From NCBI GenBank assembly GCA_046314495.1, contig JBKBWO010000005.1, positions 12,818-76,817 on the forward strand: a stretch of DNA of 64,000 nt. The letters are read 5' to 3'. Below are positions 45,685-55,470 of the stretch, piece by piece (position 1 is the first letter of the stretch; every line of letters starts with the position of its first letter). The notes under the pieces were generated by a model. That model was not told the origin of the DNA. It did no database searches and saw only the letters and a program-made list of their open reading frames with translations. Source of the stretch: Fimbriimonadaceae bacterium (lineage in GTDB: Bacteria > Armatimonadota > Fimbriimonadia > Fimbriimonadales > Fimbriimonadaceae). Position numbers and translations under genes: made by a program.

Positions 45685-47592
45685 GTGTCGATTCGGGGAT
45701 CTCAAATCAGCAAAGCGTACGGGACCAAGCCCATCTTGGACTCGATCAGCTTTGAGCTGAAGCCACGCAGGAAAGTAGCACTGGTTGGCAGAAACGGCTG
45801 CGGAAAATCGACCTTGATCCGGATGCTTTGCGGCGAGGAAACGCCAGATTTTGGCCGCATCCACGTGCCTCAGGGCACTAACATTGGCTACCTGGCGCAG
45901 AACGCTATGCTCGGGCTTAGTGGCACGGTCAAGGAAGTTGCAGAGGGCGCAATTGGTGACCTTGTAGCGATCTCAGAAGAAATTTTGGACCTAGAGACTC
46001 AACTGGCTGACGCAGGGGCAGATCTTGAGCTTGTAGATGACCTGACCAGCCGGCTCGAAGTGCTGCATGCCAAGTTTTCGCAGTCAGAGGGATATCGCAA
46101 GCAAGGCCAGCTTCAAGGGTTGCTCTGCCGGTTCGGTTTTCGCACAGAAGACTTCGACCGCCCAGTAACCGAGCTGAGCGGAGGAGAGACCACCCGATTG
46201 ATGCTGGTCAGGCTGCTTTTGCAGGAGCCCGATGTTCTGATCCTGGACGAGCCGACGAACCACCTCGATATCGATGCCGTGAAGTGGTTGGAGAACTGGT
46301 TGGTCGGATACCCGGGCGCGGTTTTGCTTGTGAGCCACGACAGGATGTTTATGGACAAGGTCGCCCAGGAGTACTGGGAGATTCGGAGTGGCAAGATGTT
46401 CGAGTACCCCGGCCCTTATGAGAACTTCCGAAAACTCAAGGCAGAGGAGCAAGCGCGAAAGGCGAAAGAGTTTGCGGCTTTGGAGGCGCGAAAGCGGGAG
46501 CTCGATGAATATGTTCGGCGGTTTCTGAACAGCGAGCGGGTGAGCCAGGCGCGGGGACGGCTGAAAATGCTAGAGAAGCTCTCGAAAGTCGACCTGCATG
46601 TAGAGAAGGAGCAGAAGTCGATGCGCAGCAACCTGAAAGCGGCGGAGCGCGGCGGTGACATGGTTCTTCGAACGGAAAAGCTGACCAAAGGCTTCGATGG
46701 AAGAATTTTGTTCAAAGACCTGAACTGGACGGTCTCCAATGGTGAGCGGTGGGGGGTTGTGGGCCCTAACGGTTCCGGCAAGAGCACGTTGATCGAGATT
46801 TTGCTTGAGCATGAAGAGCCTGACAGCGGCTCGGTTCGTCTGGGTTCCAGAATCGAGGTAGGCTACTTCTCTCAAGATCAACAGGAGTTCGATGGCGCCC
46901 AAACCCCCCTCATTTATCTCATGGAGGGTCTTGGTGCTTCGCGCCAGGAGGCACAAGGGCTACTAGGATCGTTTTTGTTCGACGAAGCGATGGTGGAGCA
47001 ACCAATTCGGTCCCTCAGCGGCGGCGAGAGGAATAAGTTGGCGCTGGCGACCTTGGTCTGGGCTGGCCCGAACCTGCTGATATTGGACGAGCCCTCGAAC
47101 CACCTAGATGTTGAGTCGGTAGAGGCGCTCGTGCAGCTGCTCCAAGACTTCGCGGGTTCCATCGTGCTGGTGTCACACGACCGGTATCTGCTGCAGCAGG
47201 TCACCAACAGGACCCTGCTGTTTTCCGACCGGGGAGTCTCGCAACACCCGGGCTCTGTTTTCGACTTGTCAGACCCTGTGCCCGTAGCTGGAAACGTCCA
47301 ACGTCAAGCTGCGAGCGGCGCAGAAAAACCCGAAACGGGTCTGACCCAGAAGGAGTTGAGCAAGGCTCTGGCTAAAGCGAGAATCAAGCTTGATTCGGCT
47401 GCGGAATCGGTGGCTAAAGTTGAAGAGGAGATCGCTGAGGTGGAAAAGAGTCTGGCTGAACTTAGTGGAGACGTTCATGAGCTCTCGAATAGGCACCATG
47501 AACTCAGCCAACAATTGGAGCGACAATTAGAGGATTGGGCGGCCAAAGATGAAGCGGTCGAAGAGCTTGAGAGAATGAGGAGAGGCGAATGA
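45685..47592 (+). CDS. ABC-F family ATPase (Uup/YheS-like, no TM domain) with C-terminal coiled coil
   Basis: Two NBDs (GRNGCGKST / GPNGSGKST; LSGGETTR / LSGGERNK; ILDEPTNHLD / ILDEPSNHLD) joined by a charged linker. GTG start. Confidence 0.9.
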   Translation: MSIRGSQISKAYGTKPILDSISFELKPRRKVALVGRNGCGKSTLIRMLCGEETPDFGRIHVPQGTNIGYLAQNAMLGLSGTVKEVAEGAIGDLVAISEEILDLETQLADAGADLELVDDLTSRLEVLHAKFSQSEGYRKQGQLQGLLCRFGFRTEDFDRPVTELSGGETTRLMLVRLLLQEPDVLILDEPTNHLDIDAVKWLENWLVGYPGAVLLVSHDRMFMDKVAQEYWEIRSGKMFEYPGPYENFRKLKAEEQARKAKEFAALEARKRELDEYVRRFLNSERVSQARGRLKMLEKLSKVDLHVEKEQKSMRSNLKAAERGGDMVLRTEKLTKGFDGRILFKDLNWTVSNGERWGVVGPNGSGKSTLIEILLEHEEPDSGSVRLGSRIEVGYFSQDQQEFDGAQTPLIYLMEGLGASRQEAQGLLGSFLFDEAMVEQPIRSLSGGERNKLALATLVWAGPNLLILDEPSNHLDVESVEALVQLLQDFAGSIVLVSHDRYLLQQVTNRTLLFSDRGVSQHPGSVFDLSDPVPVAGNVQRQAASGAEKPETGLTQKELSKALAKARIKLDSAAESVAKVEEEIAEVEKSLAELSGDVHELSNRHHELSQQLERQLEDWAAKDEAVEELERMRRGE

Positions 47593-48560
47593 AAGTCGGA
47601 TTCTATGGCGTTGCGCACGTTCATGCGGACAGCTACGCACGCACCGCCGCAAACATGGAAGAGCTTGAGGTGGTTGGCGTGGCAGACCGAGACCCAAAGC
47701 GCGCCGAGGAGTTTGCCCAAAAGCATGGGCTCAAGGCATTCGAGCGGGAAGCGCTGGCGGAATCCAGCGACGCACTTATCGTCGCCTCAGAAAACGTCAA
47801 CCATGCCGAAGACTTGGCCTTTGCCCTGCACAACAACCTTCCTGTTCTTTGCGAGAAACCGTTGTTTCTGGACTCTTCGAGTGGCGAAGAGCTGGTAGTA
47901 GAGTTTGAGCAGCGGGGACTTCCGCTGATGACGGCGTTTCCGTGCCGGTACAGTAGCACCTATACTCAGCTTGAGGCAGAAATTCGTGGTGGCTCGCTTG
48001 GCGCAGTATTGGCAGTTTGCGCGACAAACCGAGGCAAGTGCCCATTCGGCTGGTTCGTTGAGAAAGAACATTCTGGCGGTGGCGCGATAGTCGATCACAC
48101 CGTGCACGTGGTCGATATTCTGCGTTCGCTCTTGGTGCGAGAGATCGTTTGGGTCTACGCCTCCGCCGGTCACAACCGGTTCTTGGAGCCGTGGGAGGAC
48201 GCTGGCTTAGTGCATCTAGGGTTCGAGGGGGAAGTTTTTGCAACGCTCGACACCAGTTGGGACCGGCCGGACAATTTTCCGACTTGGGGCGATGTGATGC
48301 TCAACATCGTTTGTGAGAAAGGTGTGGCGACCGTTGATCTCTTTCGAGATGGGTTGCTTACGTACCGGCAGCAAGATTCCAAAGTGGTGCAGAGTAGTTT
48401 GGGAGACAACCTGGATCGAGAGCTCTTGCTCGACTTCTACCGCGCCGTAACTGCTGGAACTCAGCTTAAATCGACCGGGCGAGATGGCCTGCAGGCAACC
48501 CGAGTGGTTGAGGCAGCGTATGAGAGCTTGCGAACCAATCGAGCGGTCTCAGTTCGCTGA
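47589..48560 (+). CDS. Gfo/Idh/MocA-family NAD(P)-dependent oxidoreductase
   Basis: N-terminal Rossmann segment MKVGFYGVAH..., consensus LCEKPL motif. The start overlaps the ABC-F stop (ATGA). Confidence 0.85.
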   Translation: MKVGFYGVAHVHADSYARTAANMEELEVVGVADRDPKRAEEFAQKHGLKAFEREALAESSDALIVASENVNHAEDLAFALHNNLPVLCEKPLFLDSSSGEELVVEFEQRGLPLMTAFPCRYSSTYTQLEAEIRGGSLGAVLAVCATNRGKCPFGWFVEKEHSGGGAIVDHTVHVVDILRSLLVREIVWVYASAGHNRFLEPWEDAGLVHLGFEGEVFATLDTSWDRPDNFPTWGDVMLNIVCEKGVATVDLFRDGLLTYRQQDSKVVQSSLGDNLDRELLLDFYRAVTAGTQLKSTGRDGLQATRVVEAAYESLRTNRAVSVR

Positions 48561-48602
48561 GCTGATCGTTACGAATTCAGGTTCAGTAACGTCTACCTAA
48601 CA

Positions 48603-48824
48603 ATGCACTGTCGAGACTGCGCTCGCTTTGACCCAGAGTCAGAGCGATGCTTGGACAACAAAGTGAATCCTGAGAGCTGGAACCAGGCAATCGAGGTGTG
48701 CAATGTGATGGGTGTTCGGGTGATTTGCTCGTTCAATAATTACCGGCAGCGCATCCTGAATTCCCGCTGCCGAAACCTAGCGGGTAGCCAAAGCAGTCTA
48801 AAGGAGGATCGCGATACCGCTTGA
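48603..48824 (+). CDS. Small Cys-containing hypothetical protein (73 aa)
   Basis: ORF only (MHCRDCARFDPESERC...). No SD. Its stop overlaps the possible TTG start of the next ORF. Confidence 0.3.
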   Translation: MHCRDCARFDPESERCLDNKVNPESWNQAIEVCNVMGVRVICSFNNYRQRILNSRCRNLAGSQSSLKEDRDTA

Positions 48825-48850
48825 AGCGGTTTTCAATCTATACAGACTCA

Positions 48851-49576
48851 ATGAGTACGGATCGTTTAAAGGCTTTATGGAAGCTCCACCTGGTGGATGA
48901 CGCGTTGCATCGTGCTGGTGCAAGGTATGAGCATGCCGACCAAGGTGAGAGAGAGATTGCCGAGTTCAAGGAACTGGCAGTTCCGTTCAAGCAGCTGCAA
49001 TCTGAGGCGGCACAACTTGAGCTAGAGATAACAGAGCTAGAGAAGCAGGTGGCGATGCTGAAACGAAAGCAAGAAGGCGATCAGTCAACGCTCTACAACG
49101 GCTCCGTTAAGTCCGCAAAGGAGGCGGAGACTCTAGAGCATGAGATCGAGTCAATTGGTAGCCGGCTTTCTGAACTCGAGCCCCGGCTGGCGGATCTCTT
49201 GCAGAAGCGAGCCAGTACACAAGAAGAAGTCTCGGCCCACCGAAAGCGTCTTGCCGCGCTCAAAAAGACCGTAGAAGAGAAGCAGAAGAATGCAGCGGGC
49301 GAACGAGAGGCGATCAAGCAGGAGATTCTCGAACTGACCAAGAAGCGGTCCGAGTGCCTCTCTGTGATCGATTTGGTGAGCCGGCAGGAATACGACCGGG
49401 TCCTCTCAAGAACCCATGACACTGCGATGGCAGAGGTAACTTCTACCGGAGTGTGCGGCGCGTGCGGCACCAAACTCCCCCGAAAAACAATCGATCTGGT
49501 TGCCCAAGGCCACCTTCTACGATGCGAATCATGCTCAAGAATTTTGTACAGACATCCCGTAACCTCGGTCGCGTAG
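48851..49576 (+). CDS. Coiled-coil protein with C-terminal C4 zinc ribbon (COG1579/DUF164-like)
   Basis: Long heptad-rich region, then CGACGTKLP...LLRCESCSRILY. TTG 48821 (GGAGG 13 nt upstream) is an alternative start. Confidence 0.7.
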   Translation: MSTDRLKALWKLHLVDDALHRAGARYEHADQGEREIAEFKELAVPFKQLQSEAAQLELEITELEKQVAMLKRKQEGDQSTLYNGSVKSAKEAETLEHEIESIGSRLSELEPRLADLLQKRASTQEEVSAHRKRLAALKKTVEEKQKNAAGEREAIKQEILELTKKRSECLSVIDLVSRQEYDRVLSRTHDTAMAEVTSTGVCGACGTKLPRKTIDLVAQGHLLRCESCSRILYRHPVTSVA

Positions 49577-50265
49577 CGGTCGTCGGCTCTCTTTTCGCGT
49601 TAGCGATCGTCGGCAGTGTCGGCTGCGCGAAGTTTCCCACCTTAAATCCAGGTGACCCGGCTTCGACCCGACTCATATTCGCATTTTCGGTGGAGCAGCC
49701 GATCAACCCGAACTACGTCTATATGGTTGCGATAAACACGAGTAGAGACCGCAACCCCACTACGCTCGGTCCGATCCCGACTATCGCACCGCCATGGGGC
49801 AACGGCTTCGTTGCTGGCGACGTGGAGTACTTCATCCGCTGGGATCCGCTTCAATCGCCCCAATTTCTCATCTACGACTTTCCGAACCCGAGCGACTTGA
49901 CCCAGTTCCGCGAAATCGGTACACCAGTTACGTTCCAGCCTTGGCAGCAAGGAGACAGGACTCTTAGGTTCGAAATCGACCTCACCCAAATTGCCCGATC
50001 GCAGACTGACGCTGAGTTGATCGAGACGCTGCAAGTGAATATCCTCACTATGGATCGAGTGCCGCAAGGCAGTGAAACCAGCAAGATCTGGGATGCTCTC
50101 GGCGATGGCCGTAATCCTGTTGAGATCAACAGCCCGATCAACATTCCGGTAAAGACAGTGGGAATCTATGACAACGCGCGGTTCAACAACCTGGAGCCCG
50201 TTGGCGACTGTGTTGAACCGTCGCTCGACCTAGCAGATTTCCGAATAGAAGTCCGCATCAATTAG
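49531..50265 (+). CDS. Putative lipoprotein, unknown function
   Basis: Signal peptide with a lipobox-like sequence, MLKNFVQTSRNLGRVAVVGSLFALAIVGSVGC. It overlaps the 3' end of the preceding gene by about 46 nt. Confidence 0.55.
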   Translation: MLKNFVQTSRNLGRVAVVGSLFALAIVGSVGCAKFPTLNPGDPASTRLIFAFSVEQPINPNYVYMVAINTSRDRNPTTLGPIPTIAPPWGNGFVAGDVEYFIRWDPLQSPQFLIYDFPNPSDLTQFREIGTPVTFQPWQQGDRTLRFEIDLTQIARSQTDAELIETLQVNILTMDRVPQGSETSKIWDALGDGRNPVEINSPINIPVKTVGIYDNARFNNLEPVGDCVEPSLDLADFRIEVRIN

Positions 50266-51213
50266 ATGGCCTCGCCGCGAGTCAGCGTTCTGTTGACTTG
50301 CTATAATCACTTGCCGTTCCTGAAGAAGGCATGGGCAAGCTTGTGGGCTCAAACTTTCACCGACTTCGAGGTGATTGCACTGGATGACGAGTCTACGGAT
50401 GGAACGAGAGGTTGGCTCGCAGCGCGGCCAGAAAATTTTCATCTTCACTTGAACGAATCCAACCTGGGGACGTATGGAACGTTGAACCTGGGGCTGGAGA
50501 TGGCAAAGGGTGAGTTCATCGCGATTTTCAACGATGACGACCTTTGGGCGCCCAGAAAGCTTGAGGAACAAGTTGCGCTCCTAGACTCAGATCCGGAGGT
50601 CGGGTTGGTCCATACCGACGGGGTGTTCATCGACGGCAGGGGGGAGGAGATCCAACATAATCCGCTGGGTTTCGACTACCCCCGATTTCCGACCGGCTAC
50701 ATCCTTCCAGAGTTTTTCTATCAAAATATGGTGATAGCTAGCGCAGCGCTCTTTCGAAAAGAGTGTGTCGATCGGGTTGGAGGCTTTGACAAGCACTTCT
50801 TTGGCTCGGGCGACTGGCGGATGTGGGCGAGGATCGCCACACAGTACAAAGTGGGGTTTGTAGACGAGAAATTGACCAGCTACCGGATTCACGGGGCGAG
50901 CGCCAGCCACCGGCTGGACGAGATCTGGATGGATGACGAGCAACTGAGAACCTGGTTGGTTGGTGTTGGCGAGCAACTTCTTGCCCGCGACCCGAAAATT
51001 GCAGGGCTCAAACACTACTCGGCTGAACAGATCCGGGACGCAGTGGCTCACAACTGGGCATGTCTCGGCACCGCGCGTAAGCTGAACGGAAACTCCCGTG
51101 GTGCCAGAACGGCGTATCGGAAGAGCCTGGAGTACCGGCCCGGTCGGTTCAAGTCCAAGCTGCGCATGGCAGCTACCTTGTTGCCTCGGGGCGTCTTCAG
51201 GAGGACTCTGTGA
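50266..51213 (+). CDS. Glycosyltransferase family 2
   Basis: VSVLLTCYNH, ALDDESTDGT, IFNDDDLW (DxD). The ATG immediately follows the preceding stop. Confidence 0.85.
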   Translation: MASPRVSVLLTCYNHLPFLKKAWASLWAQTFTDFEVIALDDESTDGTRGWLAARPENFHLHLNESNLGTYGTLNLGLEMAKGEFIAIFNDDDLWAPRKLEEQVALLDSDPEVGLVHTDGVFIDGRGEEIQHNPLGFDYPRFPTGYILPEFFYQNMVIASAALFRKECVDRVGGFDKHFFGSGDWRMWARIATQYKVGFVDEKLTSYRIHGASASHRLDEIWMDDEQLRTWLVGVGEQLLARDPKIAGLKHYSAEQIRDAVAHNWACLGTARKLNGNSRGARTAYRKSLEYRPGRFKSKLRMAATLLPRGVFRRTL

Positions 51214-52367
51214 TCGACCAGCAGCGCATTTATCTGGATTACGCGGCGACAACGCCACTTGACCCAGCTGTGGCCGAGCGGATGATCGAAGTCATTCAAA
51301 CCGTTCAGGGAAATCCGAGCTCGATGTACCACGAGGGCAGGAAGGCGCGGCAGGTTCTAGATGACGCCAGAAGCTGCCTGGCAACAGCATTGGGTTGCCA
51401 GTTTGGAGAAATCATCTTTACGGGCTCGGGCACGGAAGCAGCCAACCAAGCGGTTGTCGGCACTGCTTTTGCTAGAAGAGACGGTAAGCGCAAACGAATC
51501 CTGGTGAGTGCAATCGAGCATCACTGCGTTCTTCATTTGAGAGAGCCTCTACACGCATTGGGCTACTCGCTAGAGTTCATTCCGGTCAGCCGCGACTTCG
51601 TCGTAAACCTCGAGTGCCTGCAAGCGATGCTAGATGATGATGTGCTGTTGGTGTCGGTGATGGCGATCAACAACGAAGTCGGCTCCGTACAGCCGACCGC
51701 CGAGGTTTCTCGGCTCGCTCGAAGCGTGGGGGCGCTCTTCCATTGCGACATTACACAGTCGTTCGGAACCGATCTAATGAAGGGCGAGAATATCTGCGCG
51801 AAGTACGATGCGGACTTTCTAAACGCTTCTGCACACAAGATATTCGGGCCGAAGGGTATCGGATTCCTTTACGCCAAGGCAGGCACAAAGCCGAAGCCTA
51901 TCGTGTTTGGAGGAGCCCAAGAGCGGGAGATGCGTGCGGGAACCGAAAACGTGGTTGGGATCGCGGGTTTTGCCGAGGCAGTTCGGCGGATGCAGCAGGC
52001 TGAGGCAAAGGGAGAAGCCCGCATCGCGCGCGAAACGTTCCTCGCAAGACTGACAGAGGCTGACCTTAAGTTCGACGTTGCGGTACCAGAAGACTCCCGC
52101 AGCGAACACCACGCGTATCTGATCTTTCGAGGTATCAGAGCCGATGCCCTCATCATTCTGTTGGATCGAATGGGGGTTTCGTGCAGTACCGGCTCTGCCT
52201 GCAGCTCCGGCAGTATGGAGCCGAGTCACGTGCTAACCGCTGCAGGCTACGGCCCGGAAGACGCCAAGTCAGGTGTTCGATTCTCGTTCTCGCATCAAGT
52301 CTCGAAGGAAGAGGCAGAAGAGGCTGCAAACCGCGTGGTCGCGGCAGTTCGCAAGCTCGTCCAGTAA
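51210..52367 (+). CDS. Cysteine desulfurase (NifS/IscS-like)
   Basis: YLDYAATTP, PLP lysine in ASAHKIFGPKG, catalytic loop STGSACSSG. Confidence 0.9.
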   Translation: MIDQQRIYLDYAATTPLDPAVAERMIEVIQTVQGNPSSMYHEGRKARQVLDDARSCLATALGCQFGEIIFTGSGTEAANQAVVGTAFARRDGKRKRILVSAIEHHCVLHLREPLHALGYSLEFIPVSRDFVVNLECLQAMLDDDVLLVSVMAINNEVGSVQPTAEVSRLARSVGALFHCDITQSFGTDLMKGENICAKYDADFLNASAHKIFGPKGIGFLYAKAGTKPKPIVFGGAQEREMRAGTENVVGIAGFAEAVRRMQQAEAKGEARIARETFLARLTEADLKFDVAVPEDSRSEHHAYLIFRGIRADALIILLDRMGVSCSTGSACSSGSMEPSHVLTAAGYGPEDAKSGVRFSFSHQVSKEEAEEAANRVVAAVRKLVQ

Positions 52368-52383
52368 CCTATTCCTTCAGTTT

Positions 52384-53781
52384 ATGAATCAGAAGATCGA
52401 ATCGCTCACTCCCCGCCAAATCGTTCGAGAACTGGATCGCTATATCGTCGGTCAAGATCAGGCAAAGCGTGCTGTTGCCGTTGCGTTGCGTAACCGCTTT
52501 CGTCGGCAAAAGCTCAGCGAGGAAGACCGACAAGATGTGATTCCCAAAAACATTCTGATGATCGGGCCGACCGGTGTAGGAAAGACAGAGATCGCCCGCC
52601 GTCTCGCGCAGCTGGCTCAAGCCCCTTTTGTCAAGGTTGAGGCAACGAAGTTCACCGAGGTTGGTTATGTTGGGCGCGACGTCGATTCGATTATCCGAGA
52701 CCTTCTTTCCGAAGCACTCCGGCTAGTTGAGCGCGAAAAGCTCGCCGAAGTTAGAGAGGTAGCTGATGCAGAGGCAGAGAAGCGGTTGCTTGACCTCATC
52801 GAATGGAAGCGACTATCAGACATTGGCTTCTCAGAGGGGAGCAATGCCGGAAACATGTTCATGCAGGCACTAACCGGCATGGGCTTTCAGAATTCCGAAG
52901 ACGAGAACAGCCAAAACTCTGAGGAAGAGATGCAAAGAGAGCAACAGCGCGCTAGCGTGCGGGGCGACCTCGAACAACAGTACAGAGCCGGCGAACTGGA
53001 AGACGAACTGATCGAGATTGAGGTCGAAGCACCCCATAACCCTTTTGTTCAGGTGTTCAGCAACCAGGGCATCCAGGAGATGGGAATGGACATGTTTGGC
53101 CAGGGAGGAACCCGAAGAGCCACGCGCAAGGTGACTGTTGCAGAAGCAAGGCGAATACTAGCTGACCAAGAAGCAGAGAAGCTGGTTGACCGAGGTGGAA
53201 TCGAGAGGGAAGCGGTGGACCGAGCCGAGCAAACGGGGATCGTATTCATCGATGAGATTGACAAGGTTGCCGGGAAGAGCGGCGGCGCCGGTCCGGATGT
53301 CTCCCGAGAAGGGGTGCAGAGAGACCTATTGCCGATCATCGAAGGTTCCACAGTAGTGACTAAGCACGGTCCGGTTCGAACAGATCACGTTTTGTTCATC
53401 GCTGCCGGAGCCTTTCACATCTCTGAGCCAAGTGATCTGATTCCGGAACTGCAGGGGCGACTTCCGATTCGAGTCGAGCTAACAGCCCTGGGTCAGAACG
53501 ACTTCCAAAGGATCTTGACCGAGCCGAAGAACTCGCTTGTGAGGCAATACCAACTACTCCTTCGTGCTGACGGCGTTGAGATCGAGTTCACCGAAGACGC
53601 AGTTCAAGCGGTCGCCAACGAGGCCGCCGCGCAGAACGAGCTTCAAGAAGATATTGGCGCCCGAAGACTTCACACGGTCATGGAATCCATGCTCCATGAA
53701 ATCTTGTTCGATGCGCCCGACACGGACCAAAAGAAGATTACGATCGACCGAAAATGGGTCGAAAACGCTTTGGATATCTAA
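52384..53781 (+). CDS. hslU: ATP-dependent protease ATPase subunit HslU
   Basis: LTPRQIVRELDRYIVGQDQAKRAVAVALRNR, Walker A GPTGVGKTEIARRLA, GIVFIDEIDK, and an I-domain insertion. The start is trimmed to ATG 52384. Confidence 0.95.
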   Translation: MNQKIESLTPRQIVRELDRYIVGQDQAKRAVAVALRNRFRRQKLSEEDRQDVIPKNILMIGPTGVGKTEIARRLAQLAQAPFVKVEATKFTEVGYVGRDVDSIIRDLLSEALRLVEREKLAEVREVADAEAEKRLLDLIEWKRLSDIGFSEGSNAGNMFMQALTGMGFQNSEDENSQNSEEEMQREQQRASVRGDLEQQYRAGELEDELIEIEVEAPHNPFVQVFSNQGIQEMGMDMFGQGGTRRATRKVTVAEARRILADQEAEKLVDRGGIEREAVDRAEQTGIVFIDEIDKVAGKSGGAGPDVSREGVQRDLLPIIEGSTVVTKHGPVRTDHVLFIAAGAFHISEPSDLIPELQGRLPIRVELTALGQNDFQRILTEPKNSLVRQYQLLLRADGVEIEFTEDAVQAVANEAAAQNELQEDIGARRLHTVMESMLHEILFDAPDTDQKKITIDRKWVENALDI

Positions 53782-53793
53782 GGAAGCAGGCGG

Positions 53794-54510
53794 TTAGCGT
53801 TGCATCAAGATTCTGACCCGCGCCTGAACTGGTGCGGGAGCGCCAGGCATCGGTGCGTTCTGCCAGGCTGCGTCCATGCGGGTCATGATTCCTGTTTCGA
53901 CATCAATCCAAATCATTCCGGAGCTTCGGGCCGGCTGGACTCCATCCAGCTCTCGGTAGTTGAACCTGATCTTAGCAGAGTCGGTGCCGGCAACTGGCTC
54001 TCGGCCTTCAAAAGTGTAGGTAACCATTGCGGCTGGGGTGCCCTTCTTGGCGTCGGCCTCGAAACTGGCAGTCCAAGATCCGTCAACCGCGATGGGGGTG
54101 GTCGGATACCGGAACGACATCATGTTGGCGATGCGATAGGTTGTCGAGTCGGTCAAGTCTCCCGTGACGGCACTTACCAACCCGGTGCGATCGACCGTTG
54201 TGAACGTGACGAGCGAATCGTTTCGAACCGGCACCATCTGGTTGTCAAGCACCATTCGGCTGTTGGTTTGAGTGGTCTCGAATCGGGTTTCTCCGTCTGA
54301 GAGGTTCTCCGCAACTCTGTCCGTAGTGGTTGTGCTGAAAAACGCCTTTCGGGATTCAACTTCGAACTCGATGTTCATCGAATAGCGGAAGGTGTCACCT
54401 GTCCGGACATTGCGGCGCAGGATAACAGAATCCTGTGAAAAGACAACTTGGGGGAGAATTACCAGGGCGACGGCAGCAACGCCGGTAGCCAGCCTGGGAT
54501 CAAAACGCAT
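53794..54510 (-). CDS. Secreted hypothetical protein
   Basis: N-terminal signal peptide (MRFDPRLATGVAAVALVILPQVVFSQ) and a beta-rich T/S/V composition. No motif recognised. Confidence 0.55.
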   Translation of the reverse strand: MRFDPRLATGVAAVALVILPQVVFSQDSVILRRNVRTGDTFRYSMNIEFEVESRKAFFSTTTTDRVAENLSDGETRFETTQTNSRMVLDNQMVPVRNDSLVTFTTVDRTGLVSAVTGDLTDSTTYRIANMMSFRYPTTPIAVDGSWTASFEADAKKGTPAAMVTYTFEGREPVAGTDSAKIRFNYRELDGVQPARSSGMIWIDVETGIMTRMDAAWQNAPMPGAPAPVQARVRILMQR

Positions 54511-54559
54511 AACGAACAGTTTACAGCACGATTGCGGCTATATGGAACACTAGTGGGTC

Positions 54560-54796
54560 TTGGAACCCGCAAAGCTAGGGAAGGTGCTTCTTCTGGTTGC
54601 AGGCGCTGTCGCGCTGGTTGGGCTTGCGCTGGTGTTTTTGCCGTCGGGCTGGCTGTCGAGAATCGGTCGGCTGCCCGGCGACATCTACGTCTCGCGCCCA
54701 GGGTTTACTTTCGTGTTTCCCATCACCACGATGGTCATCCTCTCGATTGCGCTGACGGTGGTCTTTTGGCTGGGGAGCTTGCTCCTTCGAAGATGA
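54560..54796 (+). CDS. Small membrane protein, DUF2905-like
   Basis: Two TM helices flanking GRLPGDIYVSRPGFTFVFPI, as in the DUF2905 family. TTG start. Confidence 0.55.
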   Translation: MEPAKLGKVLLLVAGAVALVGLALVFLPSGWLSRIGRLPGDIYVSRPGFTFVFPITTMVILSIALTVVFWLGSLLLRR

Positions 54797-55470
54797 AAAT
54801 CAAGCTCCTTTCCCTCGATGTCTACAATACGCTACTGCGTCCGACGGGGTCCCTCGGTGAGCTTGCCTGTGAGCTGGCACAGGAGTACGGGCACGACGTT
54901 TCTCCTAATGCTGCTCCTCTGTTTCAGGAAGTCGTGTACTTGGTTACCCGGGAGCACTCGAATTTACCGGACCCCGACATCGGAGCAATGTGGGTTCATT
55001 CTTGCCAATTGTGGTTAAGAGCCGCTGGAGTTGCCCCGTTAGAGCCCGAAGAGTTTGCGCAGCAGATGCAAGCCGAAATGAGAGAAGAACCTCGCCGTTT
55101 GTTCGAGCCCTTCTCAGACGTTGATCCCGCTTTCGAAATTCTGAAGACCAAGGACGTCGCGGTTTGCGCTCTAAGCAACTGGGATTTCACTCTGGAAGCC
55201 GTGCTTGCGGCGTATTCCTGGCGAGCGCAACTTGACTACGTTGTGCCCTGCTTGGTCTATGGAGTTCACAAGCCGAATCCAGAGAGTTACCGACTCTTGA
55301 CCGAGCTCACGGGGATCGAGCCCAATAGCATTCTGCATGTAGGTGACTCGATGGTCGACGACTGCATTGCCCCTAAATCCGTGGGGCTATCGTCTAGGCA
55401 CATTGATCGGGGTTCATTCGCCACCGGTGCAAGTGCTCGTAGCCTTGTCGACGTTGTGGAGACGCTTTGA
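54793..55470 (+). CDS. HAD-superfamily hydrolase (haloacid dehalogenase-like, subfamily IA)
   Basis: Motif I LSLDVYNTLL, motif II ALSNW, motif III/IV KPNPESY ... HVGDSMVDD. ATGA overlap with the upstream stop. Confidence 0.75.
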   Translation: MKIKLLSLDVYNTLLRPTGSLGELACELAQEYGHDVSPNAAPLFQEVVYLVTREHSNLPDPDIGAMWVHSCQLWLRAAGVAPLEPEEFAQQMQAEMREEPRRLFEPFSDVDPAFEILKTKDVAVCALSNWDFTLEAVLAAYSWRAQLDYVVPCLVYGVHKPNPESYRLLTELTGIEPNSILHVGDSMVDDCIAPKSVGLSSRHIDRGSFATGASARSLVDVVETL

